A DNA stretch of 64,000 bases. It comes from Eledone cirrhosa. Lineage: Eukaryota. Below the pieces are notes generated by a model, which did not search any database, was not told where the DNA came from, and worked only from the letters and a program-made list of their open reading frames with translations. Where the stretch lies: the NCBI GenBank assembly GCA_964016885.1, contig OZ024741.1, forward strand, positions 140,492,001-140,556,000, read 5' to 3'. Every line of letters starts with the position of its first letter. Position 1 is the first letter of the stretch. Positions 12,506 through 25,539 of this stretch are shown here, piece by piece. The position numbers were made by a program, and so were the translations under genes.

Positions 12506-13009
12506 CTTGAAGCGATGCTCAGTTCACATCTTCGCAGGTGCCGCTGACCACGTTTGTCGTCTCCTGATTTTCACAACTATTATTAACAGTAATCGAATAT
12601 TATTATAAATATTTCCGTTGGAAAACACGCATTACATATTTTAAATATATTAAATTATAGCATTGCATTTATCTCTCTTTCAGTCATGATCCCCTAGAGG
12701 TCAATAATATAGCTTTACGGAATCAGAATGAAATGCTAAATAAGACAAATTTGTATATATCAATTGACTTGCTTATCATAACATAGCCACGATATTTCCT
12801 TATGCTGGAGGAAAATAACATGGCGTGACAATATTAAACTTAATTACAGCTAACGACACGCTAGGAGCATTTTATAAAAGTGACAACTAGATATATGACA
12901 GAAGTGAATTCAAAGAGCCTTTCGTTGGAGATAGAACACCATTATAAATAGATATAATTAATAATTCTAAGTCTGAAAGGAAGCCACTAATTATGAATTG
13001 GCGAACAAT

Positions 13010-13355
13010 TAATTAAATCTATTCCAGTAATTGACTAGAGTTTATTTTATCGATGCCTGAACCATGAAATGTAATGTCAACACGGAATGATTTAAACACA
13101 ATGTATATGGACATAACCACAACACTGCAAGGCATATTTTTTCTGTCGAGCTAATGATTTTGCTTTCCATCAACACGTATTTCCGTACAACAAACCAACA
13201 ACAACAACGGTTTCTAAGCTGCGTACAATGTCATAAATTTTGGAAGGAATAGATAAATCGATTACATCGACCCAAGTGGTTGATAGGTACTTTAGTTTAA
13301 TGCTCGAGAAGTATGAAAACCAAAATGTCCGAGACGTGATTTGAACTTAGAAGTT
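13010..13355 (-). mobile_element. Two degenerate SINE copies
   Basis: Decayed tttattttatcga..atgaaa..gattt(a/g)aac cores. Confidence 0.55.
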
Positions 13356-13563
13356 GTGTTCAGTATTGCACATGTTTAATAAAAGAAATGTGTATCGATG
13401 TGTGGTGGAGTTTCCAGTGTAGGAAATTTATGGAGTGATATGGTAGTATGTCAGTGTAGAAAACAAACATAGTTAGGTAGAAAGTATAGAAATCAATGAC
13501 TAGGTGTTTGAAGATAACACACACACACACACATACACACACACATATATATATATATATATA

Positions 13564-13614
<51 letters not shown>

Positions 13615-14265
13615 GTGTGTGTGTGTGCGTGTGTGCGTGTGTGTGTGTATGTGTGTGTGTGTGTGTGCGTGTGTGTATGAGTGTGTATATGTATATATAG
13701 CAACATCTATAGACCGAATCAGTAAATTCAGCAAACACATCTAATGGCAGCTACAAAGCAATTTATTCCAAAGTACACTGCAACCAACAGTTTATTAAAT
13801 GTCTAAAAGTTACAGATGACATTTGATAGCGTTCTGCACAGTGACGATAAAGTGATGTTGAATGTATGGAATAGGAAATCCCAATTGATTTTATCGATCT
13901 ATTGATCAGATCGTATAATTCTATTTTGGGGAATGACCAAAGACATCAGATATGCATCCCTTGTGAATATAGGTGGAGCTGACTATTTAAGCCGAGTTAT
14001 AAATTTAATTACTATCTTAAATTAAATTCGTACCATTGAAAAAATATTTTAAAACTGAATGAGTTTCTGGAGTTTTACGTGATATATTCACGAATATAAC
14101 AATTTTAAAGTAAATATATACACTTGCATGTATAGAAATTTCACTACTGTAGTCACTTCCTTCGTGATTAAGCTTATGCTTATGAGACACTATGCATTAA
14201 AAAATCTATGTCAAAATATGCCTGTCTTATACACCGAAATTGTGAATGTCGGAATACATACACAT

Positions 14266-14366
<101 letters not shown>

Positions 14367-15512
14367 TATATATATATATATATATATACATATAGTTGAT
14401 ATAGAAATGGCTTCTACAGGACTAGAACTGTTTCATTCGAAGGAAATCATCAGGAAAGCTCTGTAGAAGCCATTTCTATATTAAAAATGTATATTCTGCT
14501 CTGTATTGTGTGCCTTACTTACTGTGGTTACCCCCAGTTGAACCCGGGATATAAACATATAAATATATATGTATACATACATGAGTGCGTGTGTGTGTTT
14601 GCTAATATGTATGTATGGGTGTACGTGTGTGTGTATGAAAAGACAGGTATCTTTGTATATTAACTTTTTCTGCAAACTTTTATTATTCACAATAAATGTG
14701 GGTCTTGTATTCTGAAAAATACTGTAGATTCGAACATTTTGAAAGACGACGTTACAGAACAAATTAGCGCGGGTTAAAATAGTCTAAATATATTTGAGAA
14801 TGGAAATACATTCCATTCTAGTAAGTGATAGATAAAGATAACAGGTCCAAGTGACATAATAATGTGATTCATATAAGATCACTTGAATATCAGGAAATGT
14901 TAACCGAAAGCTAATGCAATGTTGTAACCGATCATAGGTAGCAGCGTTTTACAGCAAAGCATATATAAATATACATGTGAACGTAAATATGCATACATCT
15001 AAGTCTGTACATCAATTATGCATACATCCATTATAACGCTGGATGTCGAGTGATAGCAAGCGGGAAATTGGTAGAATTATCATCCCGATATTATAACGCT
15101 TGTAGGATTGCCTCATGTAGGTTCACAAGTTAACAATCACATTATTATACCACTCAGACCTCTATCACCCAACTAGTTACTGGTCAATTTCATGTTTCTC
15201 GGATTCACACTCATATAACACAAACCTGGGTGCACAAGGAAAGTCAATCACACTGAACCTTCTACATGACGCCATTACATTCCCAGCATGCAGCCAGCGT
15301 CCATCCACAGTTAGTGATATGAGGAAAACGGATGTCATCATGCTACAGTCACCGAATTACATAGTCTCTGTAATATACATTATATATACTAGTAGAAAAC
15401 CCCCCCTCCGGGTGGTTTTCTGCTAGCTTGAGTTGTGTGTATATTGATACTATACGCAAGTATATATACATGTAGATATGATACATCAAATACAATCGTA
15501 ATTGACAATATA

Positions 15513-15700
15513 TAATTGTTTCTACTTTAGGCACAAGGCCAGCACATACCCAGTACATTTCTGGTACTTTATTTTATGGACCCCGTAAGGATGAAAGGCA
15601 AAGTTAACCTCGGCGGGATTTGAACTCAGACTGTAAAGAGACGTAACTATGCTAGAAAACATCGCGTCCAACCTTCTACCGATACTGCCATTTCACCGCC
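15513..15700 (-). mobile_element. SINE (main family)
   Basis: aattgtttctactttaggcacaaggccagca..ccccgtaaggatgaaaggcaaagttaacctcggcgggatttgaactcag..tcaccgccc. Confidence 0.88.
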
Positions 15701-16005
15701 CTTTTCACCTTAATTGACAACATATAACACAGAGAAATTGAGCGAAGACTATGTTCCACTGTCTTATGTAATCAGTAAAGTAATCCATGATGCATTAAAA
15801 AAGACGATATTATATATAAACTGAATTAGGAGAAAATTAGTGACAGAAAATTAGTATGTTTATTTAATCGATATCCAACCGGAAGTGTTGACATTTCAGA
15901 AATTTTAAAGAAGTGAATCTTTAAATAGACACAATATATTTAATCAATAGCCACGAAATTTAGTAGATAAATTATGTAACATTCATTCATTATTTATTCA
16001 AAAAG

Positions 16006-16195
16006 GGGCGGTGAATTGGCAGTATCGGTAGAGAGTCGGACGCCATGCTTTCCAGCATAGTTACGTCTTTTTACGGTGTGAGTTTAAATCACGCCGAGGT
16101 TAACTTTGCCTTTCATCCTTACGAGGTCGATAAAATAAAGTACCAGTAATGTACTGATAAATTGCTGGCCTTGGGCCAAAAGTAGAAACAATTAT
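16006..16195 (+). mobile_element. SINE (main family), inside a larger ~400 bp duplication of 5162-5570
   Basis: Same head, B-box and core as 5295-5485. Both flanks also match. Confidence 0.85.
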
Positions 16196-16353
16196 TTATT
16201 TAAAGTAATCCAACTAATTTTACTAATGGGATGAACAATTATAAACCGCACGCAGTCCCACGGTCATCCCTTTATTATAGTTTAGATATATATTTGCAGA
16301 AGTTCTTACGCTGTAACTGGATAGACACACATGGCCACCGACATATCACAATA

Positions 16354-16413
<60 letters not shown>

Positions 16414-16586
16414 TATATTTATTAAAATAACAGATTTTTAATCTAAGCAATTTTTAATGTAAGCAAAGAATCGGTGCTTTCACCCTTAACGGGATCTTCT
16501 GAAACTAACAAAGACTTTTCGAGCCCTCTTTGGATTTTAGTCTTCAAATTTATTATTATTACTATATATATATATATATATATACG

Positions 16587-16695
16587 ATATTAATAAATGG
16601 AAACTATATTTATAAAACCATATTTATTTCATTATACATATTTCAGGGATACCAAATTAAATTATGGGATGCCTTCATCAGACAAAATACAATAT
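16587..16695 (-). ncRNA. PLE pseudo-LTR end with minimal hammerhead (family B)
   Basis: Reverse complement reads ttttgt-CTGATGA-aggcatccca..tggtatccct-GAAA-tatgtata-atgaaa. Homologous to 54240-54345. Confidence 0.65.
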
Positions 16696-16813
16696 ATAAC
16701 AGTTTTACAAATAAGCTTTGATGTACCCTATTAAAATGCAACCATTGTTTTTGGGAGGCATCAGTTATAAAAATATTTACTTGTTGTATCCCAACAATTT
16801 TAAATAGAACTTT

Positions 16814-16854
<41 letters not shown>

Positions 16855-17429
16855 TTTCGGAATATTTTTGACTGTTGTTTCTTGTAAACAAACATACGTC
16901 TCATTCTGACGTTACCAGCCCTGTCTTTCCACATGACCGTTTTATTTTTCATAATCACCCATGATGGTGAACTTGCCTGCTTTTAATTCCCTTTTTGGCA
17001 TATTAATCAGTGAGAAATTTTGTTTATCGAGTTGAGCTCTGCTGAGGATCGAATTCCAACCGTGACTATCTCCACTGAAAGTTTTCGTGAAATAGTCTTC
17101 AGGACTATACAGAGCATATGAATTTTTTTCCAAATTGAAGGATGAGTATTTTAAACTTTATTTTATCATGGGTTAAGGCTCTATTGATTTTCCCCTGGAT
17201 TTCACTAAATTCTGTTGCATTAATCTATATACTGATTCTTTTTGAGTTGAGTTTGAATTATTTTTCCCACATCTTACGTTAACTATTTTTCCCATGTTGA
17301 CGCTATAATCACTTATATACTATGGACTACTGTTGGTTTCTTGCTACAATACTTTCTATACCTTTCATTTATATATATATATATATATATATATACTGTA
17401 CAGCGTATCCGTGTTATTCTTCACTCTTT

Positions 17430-17551
<122 letters not shown>

Positions 17552-18448
17552 AATATATGTGAAAGACCCTCCGTCAATTACAAAGATAAAAGTTCACTTT
17601 GTACAATCAGCAACATAGCAGGCTCATATCTCTAACGTGTACGTAGCTGCGTCTTCTATACCTAGATTAAGCGTTACACAAAAATGGAAAGTCTGGCCTT
17701 TTGTATTACCTGTGTACTAACGGGCTTCCACGCTGTTAGCGTCTACCTAATTTCGACCCTCAAAACGTAGGTCCATTCGAGAGAATAATAAATGTCACTT
17801 GCGAAAGATGCTTAGCAAAAGGATCGATCCCGGGACTTGAAGACCTTAACCATGTGGCCACTCTCAGTCAACGCTTTTCCCTCCTGTTTGCTGTTTGTTT
17901 CTAGTTCCAGTAGAAAACATGTCATTTAGAACACCATTCCCAAATAACATATTTTCTCGTTCCTGAAAATGAAATTGAACATTCCGTTTAATAAGAAAAC
18001 GTGAGTTTTTTCCCAGTTCGTGATTTTTTCACTGCATATATGATTGATTTGATTACTTCTGATAAAAGAACAACAACAACGACAACAAACATAACACAAA
18101 GCTCATCAAGTACAACAGCTACAGCAACTACAACAGCACTGACTACAACAAGAACAACACGAACACAGTAAGTAAAAACCGATGCATATGCGTGTATATT
18201 TATTTTTGAAAATAATATTAATGATGAATTTCTAATCGACATCAATAGATATATGTACTGAGTTGAAATATTGAAAATTATATATCGACATAATTTGAGG
18301 AAAGTAATGCATTTGTAATGCATCAAGGGTATTTCATTTTCCTAAAGTTGTAGTAAATGCCAAATTGCATGCGTTTTCTTTTTTCATATGAATTTATATA
18401 AGCGTACAGATATATCAGAGTGGTGGTGGTGCGTAAATATGTGAGTTT

Positions 18449-18562
<114 letters not shown>

Positions 18563-18989
18563 ATGTACGTGTGTGTATGTGTTTGAGAGAGAAATTGTGT
18601 ATGTATGTACATCTGTGTGTAAAATCTATTATAATGATACGCATATGGTATTCATACGTATACATAATAATTGAGTCTATATATTCACAGGGGCACAGAT
18701 ATACACATATGTGTGATGGTATATGTGTGTGCACTAACGGAAAGAAAGTAACGCGCATATATGATTGAGGATATAAACACACTGAAATGCCGGTTACGAG
18801 AAATTCAATAAGAGTATGATTTTCAACGGCGAAAAGAAGAGAGTTTTACTTTTATATGGAACATGGTTTGTAATCTGTACATTGGTTTATAGTATTACAT
18901 CAAGCCCTTTGCTTGACTGGCACTTTATTTTATAGACCCAAAAATGATGTAATGCTAACTGGAACTCGCCAATAGAAGGCGGCACGAAA

Positions 18990-19145
18990 TAATGGTTTCT
19001 GAATTAGGTACTAGGCCAATCATTTTCTCAACCCCTTAACGGATGAAAGGCAAAACTAACCTCGGCAGAAATAAAACTCAGAACGTAAAGCAACGTAATT
19101 AATACCCAAATGCATGTTGTTGATAGTCTGTCGATACTGCCAATA
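18990..19145 (-). mobile_element. SINE (main family), degenerate
   Basis: ggatgaaaggcaaaactaacctcggcaga..actcagaacgtaaag..gatactgccaat. Confidence 0.7.
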
Positions 19146-19154
19146 CACGACACT

Positions 19155-20645
19155 TTAATAATGGTTTCTTCATTGGCCACAAGGGCTAACATGAAGAAAA
19201 CATTACAGACGGTACAGAACGGTACAGGACGATACAAAGTGGGTTTTTGGCCGTATAAAAAGGTTACCACAAGAAAATAGAATGTGTAAAAACAAATTAA
19301 AGAATATAAACAACAAGAATTACCCAATAGGGGAGAAGCCTCCGAGGCTCACTCGTGGCGAAAACTACACAAAGGACCAGAGCCACACTGACCACCAGGA
19401 CAAGCGCCCTCTCTCAGTTCTCCCACTGCTCAATCTACAGGCGCATACTCAAAGTGTGCCGGTTCACTGGGACCAGATCGCCAATTTCAACCACCTTTCA
19501 ACAAACTTAGTAGAAGCCAACACTTGCCTCTCCACCCCGATTTACCACTTCAAGTGAAATTTGAAAAAATTAATCAGTGGAAAGTATCTGTCATCAACCC
19601 TTTCAACCTCTTCCATCACACAATCTCTTTCGCCATGGCCACCAGGCAGAGGAAAACTGCTTGCCCTTGCTCCTCCATAAAGGAGGACGGCGGGGCCATC
19701 TGCACAATGGACTCAGTCGATAAACGGATCCATCCTACAGGTGACAGTAACTGTACGACATAGCGTCACAAGTCAGAAATACTCGGGCACTGAACGAATG
19801 CATGCACGACGGCTTTGTATCCTGCGCGCATCTCGGACAGTTTCGGCTGACGGTACTTCCGTGACTGTCGAGCTTTTCTCAAATGAGCAACGCGCCTCTG
19901 TAGTACTGCCTGGCCAGTTATTTCTAGAAGTTGTCCATAGACCCCGGACTGAAGGTTCTCTTGAAGAGAGCCAACAGCTGATCGCCGTCACTCTTCTCCT
20001 CCACTAGTCCTCTATAGAACGCGGAGGTGGATGTTCCACCGATGCCAGTGCCCAGCTGTGGTGAGCGTTTGGAAACATTCCAGCTTCCAAGCGCTATCAC
20101 TCGATATTTTCCTGATCCAGGACTGCAGCTCCATCAATGAGACGAGCAGGGAAAAAAACGCGTCAGGAAAACGACGACCACACCTGTTAAACCTCAAGGA
20201 AGCACCAGACATCTCGCAGCCTCAGCTCTTGTTTGCGCATCATTAGCCATGGCATGCCCATGCAACGGGTATTGACAACAGATGGATAGTCTGAACATGA
20301 GAGCATGTCCCTTCCACAAAAAGCGAAAGAGGAGGCCTTCCATTTTGGTCAGAGTTGGGTCGGGGCAATGGACGATGGTCAGGTGGTAGCAGATGACGGA
20401 TGCGATGAAAGCATTCGCCACCCCAGCCCTACCTTTCAGGGACAGCTTCCTGTCGGCCCATCTCTGTGTGAGACAAACCACCCTGCTCGTCATCTCGCTC
20501 TGGAGAGCCGGTCCAAACCAGACCTCGAGTAATTTAACCAGTCCTTCCTTCCAGCCCCGCCACGATGCTGTCGTATGGCATGGTTTTTCCTCTCCAGGTT
20601 GCCGAGCTGAAAGCCCACCGAATTTCCCTGGTTTATTTTTGCTCC
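19155..20645 (-). mobile_element. 5'-truncated Tx1/L1-like LINE (post-RT region, zinc-finger region and 3' UTR)
   Basis: Minus ORF 20194-20493 RWADRKLSLKGRAGVANAFIASVICYHL..LFRFLWKG matches the W..R.LS..GR....N / F.FLW.G block of L1/Tx1 ORF2. It is GC-rich relative to its flanks and is disrupted. Confidence 0.8.
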
Positions 20646-20689
20646 TGTCACCGCTTTGACGGCCGGCTATATATATATATATATATATG

Positions 20690-21280
20690 ATTATTCAAAT
20701 TATGTTTGTGTAATCAATTAAATTGATTGTTCAACAAAAATCAAAGACCGCTTACAGTAGTTTTTACTCAAAGTACGAATTATTCCAATTGATATTTCCT
20801 GTGGTAGTTATATAGTTTCCAAGTGTAACAATTTACGGAGTGTATATAGAAAATTGCAAAAATTTAAAAAACACCATAATTATGTAAGAACACAGAAGTC
20901 CAGATATATGCATCCTACATAATACGTGTATGTGTGAAAACATGATGTACTAATTTAAAATCGAAGTATACTTTCAAATATATAGGAGCAGGATAGAACT
21001 TTTTTAAAGAAAAGATGGTATGTACACACGGATTTATTCAAACATCCGAAGTTAAGGAACTCCACAGCACTGGCAGGTAAAATTTGGGAATTGGTACAAT
21101 CCCAGAAAAGTACAAGATTTCTTGGTATGTCCTTGAATTTGCGCGTAAATATCATTCTGACGTAAAAACTTACCATATAATGATAGGGAAAAAAAAATGT
21201 ATTCGCGGCATGCGAGAATTTTTAATTGCGAACATTAGCAATTTAAAGCATTTTCTTATAACGATCCTAACTAATTAGTG
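20690..21280 (+). mobile_element. Decayed Naiad-type Penelope GIY-YIG endonuclease remnant
   Basis: Read across frameshifts: ICILHNTCMCENMMY..KYIGAG*NFFK/KRWYVHTDLFKHPKLRNSTALAGKIWEL/KYKISWYVLEFARKY. This is collinear with the GIY-YIG at 54527 and 60720. Confidence 0.65.
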
Positions 21281-21469
21281 ATTAGAACCTAAAACCTACC
21301 ACAATAACTTGTTTACTACTATGATATGACAGTATCCACGCTCCCTACCTCTTTGAAAATATACCGACTATGATACCAGCTGTTAAGGACCATATACCTG
21401 TCTGATTGATTAATGTACATTGAACTAAATAATGTTTGTCGTTGCTGTTGTTGTTATTAATGTCTGTTA

Positions 21470-21625
21470 TAATTTTTTCTACTTTTGGCACAAGGCCAGC
21501 AATTATCCAGTGCATTACTGGTGCTTTATTTTATCGACCCCGTAAGGATGAAAGGCAAAGTTAACCTCGGCGGGATTTGAACTCAGACCGTAAAGGGCGT
21601 AACTCTACCGATACTGCCAATCCAC
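21470..21625 (-). mobile_element. SINE (main family, internal deletion in head)
   Basis: ggcacaaggccagcaattatccagtgcattactgg..gatttgaactcagaccgtaaaggg. Confidence 0.85.
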
Positions 21626-22384
21626 CTTTTATCATAACTGCAACTAGATTTCTATTTTTCTTTAATGTATCACATGTACTACCTCCTATCCGTATTGTAT
21701 CTTCGTTTCTTTTTTATTTATTTTCCTACTTTCTTCTTTCTCTCTTTTTCTTATCATCAATCCATTCATACTTGCCTTCTCAATCAATTTGAAATTTGTT
21801 TGTAACGACATATCAAGTAGTTGGAGGGCAATTAATTTTCATTAAAATAATGCGGTCCAAGACTTCTATGTAATACATATGATGAAACACGTGTGTTACG
21901 CAATAAAAGCTATTCCCATTCATCTGGATTATGGTGCTTTTAATTATATTTTTGTAATTTATGTATATATATATACATATATATATAGAAAGAGAGAGGG
22001 ATAGAGAGAGAGCGAGAGAGAGATAGAGAGAGAGCGAGAGAGGGCTGGAAGAGGTAGAAGTAGAAGGACAGTCACGTGAAATTACAAATAATTCACCCAC
22101 ACCGTATTTGATGTATACGAGGTTCGATTCGAAGTAGGCGGATATGATCAATTTTCTTGTGACAAAGTTTTTATCGTATATTTTTGTTTGACTTTTGTTA
22201 TCAAATTCGATGATTTCGGCCTTATGCAAGGATGAAACGATCGCCAATGATTACATATTTGAAAGATTAAACACTATTTGACTTTCATTTATATTGTATT
22301 TCGGCTCTGTATTATACTTGTATTTTACATCGTGCTATTTTCATACCTGTAACTGGATAATATTTATTATTACCCACCATATAT

Positions 22385-22479
<95 letters not shown>

Positions 22480-22836
22480 TGATGTTGTCTGTGTGTGTGT
22501 ATCCCCTTATTTTTGCAAAGTCTATACGAATCCACATTTCTACTCCGATTGACTTCAAACTTGCATTCATATATTCATTGAGGTCTAAACTGCAGCTTTT
22601 ATTTTTCAATTTTCTATTGTTAAAGGGGTATTAAGCGCCGGTTATCGATCTCCGTCGAGCCCGTATAATATATGTCTGTATGTCTGACTTTCTGCATAAC
22701 GACATTCTGACGAACACGTCATTGCAGACGGATTATCTTCGCTACATTCACACACACACACACACACATATATACTTATATATACATATATATATATACA
22801 CATATATACATATCCACACACATATATACACATATA

Positions 22837-22876
<40 letters not shown>

Positions 22877-22881
<5 letters not shown>

Positions 22882-23573
22882 AGAGCGCTGCGGAGTTGCA
22901 AATGGGTTACATATGAAAAAAGTTTGTCCTTCATCAGTGATCTTCCAACCATCATAGGCATTTCATCGCTTTAAAGACCATATACCTCCGGTTGGTGCGA
23001 GCAACGGCTAAAAAAAGTCGTTGGGACACGTAAATAAAGGGGACGCGAGGGTAAACAAACAAAATGGTGAAGCAACAGAAAGTGAGGAAGAAAGAGACAA
23101 GTCCCAGATTTCTATGAATTTAAATTCGGTGAAATCGTGAACGAGAGAATAAAGACCATCAAACCTGGTTGAAATGTGAGCAAGGAAGGAATTTCGCACA
23201 GGTCTAACGGGAGGAAGAAGGGGTCTGGTCTGCGAATTCGGTAAACATAAGTTCTGTGAAATCGTAGACGAGAGAGAGAAAAAATTCCGACCAGCTTGGC
23301 CGAGAGTGCGACAGAAAAGAATTACTCACAGGTCAAACGGGAAGAAAGAGGAGTAGAGGTAGTGACAGAGAATGAGTGAGTGAAGGGTGAGGAAGATGCT
23401 AACAGAGAGAGAGACTGCTAGAAAGGGTAAAGATACATAGAACGAAAAAGACGCGTAGCAGCAGAGGAAAAAATATGTGTAAATATGATAATAAGAGCGT
23501 TGCAAATGGGTTACATATGAAAAAAGTTTGTCCTTCATCAGTGATCTTCCAACCATCATAGGCATTTCATCGC
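22877..23573. repeat. Non-coding element bounded by ~90 bp direct repeats (22877-22970, 23488-23573)
   Basis: ataataagagcg..ttgcaaatgggttacatatgaaaaaagtttgtccttcatcagtgatcttccaaccatcataggcatttcatcgct occurs twice around a purine-rich interior. The left end abuts (TA)n. Confidence 0.8.
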
Positions 23574-24199
23574 TATATGTTATGAGAACAGATTCAATTT
23601 TAAGCAAATAATCGCTGCTTTCAACAATAACGGGATCTTCTGAAACTAAAAAATTCAATCTGTGAACGCAGAAGTAAATATTTCGAGAAACGTTGCAACC
23701 GAAGGAAAACGGGAAGACGATATTTTGTTTCGTGAAGGCGTTCCCTGGCAATGAACGGGAAAAAAGCGAGGATAATGGGGCGTTATGTGGACCGAGAAGA
23801 ACAATTTCATGCAAAGACAAGACCAAGTTTGTGATATAAATGGAGTCGTTAGACTAATGTTCTATTTAAAATAACCGAATGATTTCCAGCACCAGAGTTT
23901 AAGAATGATGTAAATAAAATTGTAAACGAAAATGACAGAGGTTATTAAAATAGTAAAAGTAAATAGTGAAGATTTAGGCCAGTATGCGCCGACGGACATA
24001 CACATATATATATATATACGCACACACAAATACATATACACACACACAAACTCACACACACACGCGTGCGCGCGTGTGTGAGTGTGTGTAAACTTTATGT
24101 ATTTCTACAGTATTTTCCCCAAACTTAAGACATAGGTTATTTATGTACTCCGGATGCTCATGGGCACTTTCATTTTTCCAAATATTGAATATGGAGCCT

Positions 24200-24522
24200 C
24201 CCAGCAGATAACCCCCTTTAACCGAAACCTGTGAGTCGACTGAAGCATTGCAGTGCAATGCAACAAAACGTCATAACTTCTGGAGTTCGCAACCGATTTT
24301 CACAAAACTTGACACATGGGCTACGTTTGTTCTACAGATGAATGTAAATTCTCAGAATTGGCACATACTGAGTAGGGGACCCCTGGGGGGCAGGAATCCC
24401 CTTTTGGAAAAAGCCGATGATATTGTAAAATTATAGTTTTCGAAGCAGCACTGAAGTATTGACATAAATATTATACATAACTGCTATTTAATACCCGAGC
24501 AACGCCGGGTACCTTTGCTAAT
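24200..24522 (+). mobile_element. Non-autonomous Helitron-like 3' fragment
   Basis: Ends in the hairpin acccgagcaacgccgggta followed by ctttgCTAA-t, similar to the 30670-30698 terminus. Confidence 0.5.
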
Positions 24523-24529
24523 ATATATT

Positions 24530-24562
<33 letters not shown>

Positions 24563-24597
24563 TTGTGTGTAAAAGGTAATACATATATATATATATT

Positions 24598-24669
<72 letters not shown>

Positions 24670-25539
24670 TATATATATATACGTATTGAAACAGAATCGT
24701 GTATGGAAAAGAACATGGTGAATATAATGGCAACTAAGATCTTTAAATAGTTACCATGTCGTATGTTACACAAATGATATTAGAAATATACTTGTATAAC
24801 CTCGTATAAACTTTTAAACACGGAGGATGGGAAGATGTTGATAGTAATTTAGTACAGTGTAGATTAATAGATTTTCTCTCATTTATGAAACACTCAAGAA
24901 AATCAAATAATCTGAAAGACTGAAGTAAATAACGCAACACAATAAAAAGATTAGCTGTCACGGTATATTCCTGATTGTCATAAGATGTGCCAGTTTTTTT
25001 TTGCTGAAACACACATACTACACACACACACTCACAAACACTCACACTCACATACACAAACACACACACACACACACACTCACACACACATATATATATA
25101 TATATTAATTTGAACAACGTCAGTATTCCGTGTGTCATAATTCTCGATTATCATTGGTTCATAGGTTACAAACAACTCCGCCCACCTCAAAGACGCAAAA
25201 CTTAAATTAATACACATAATTCCAATGAGGGGGTGAGAGGGGAGTGTAAGAAACAGAGAAGCAAAGTGAACGCTGTAACTATTACCATGTGTGCGTGTGT
25301 GTGTACGTGCGCGTATGTTTATCTGTGTGTGCGTGCGTGCAGCGTTCCACAGAAAGTAAAAACTATCAACATGTGTGAGTGTGTAAGTGTGTGTAAGTGT
25401 ACGAGTGCGTGTGTAAGTTTTCGTGCGTGTGCGCGTTTTCATGTGTGTATGTGTGTGTACGTGGGGCGTTCCACAATCGTCACGGAGTTTATCTGTCTGT
25501 GTGCCTATTTGAGAGTCTAACATACACTGAGTTGTGAAG

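Noticed and set aside
17070-17115. Minus-strand ctgaaga..gaaa as a hammerhead
   Set aside because: There is no stem I or stem II pairing, so it is likely a chance match.
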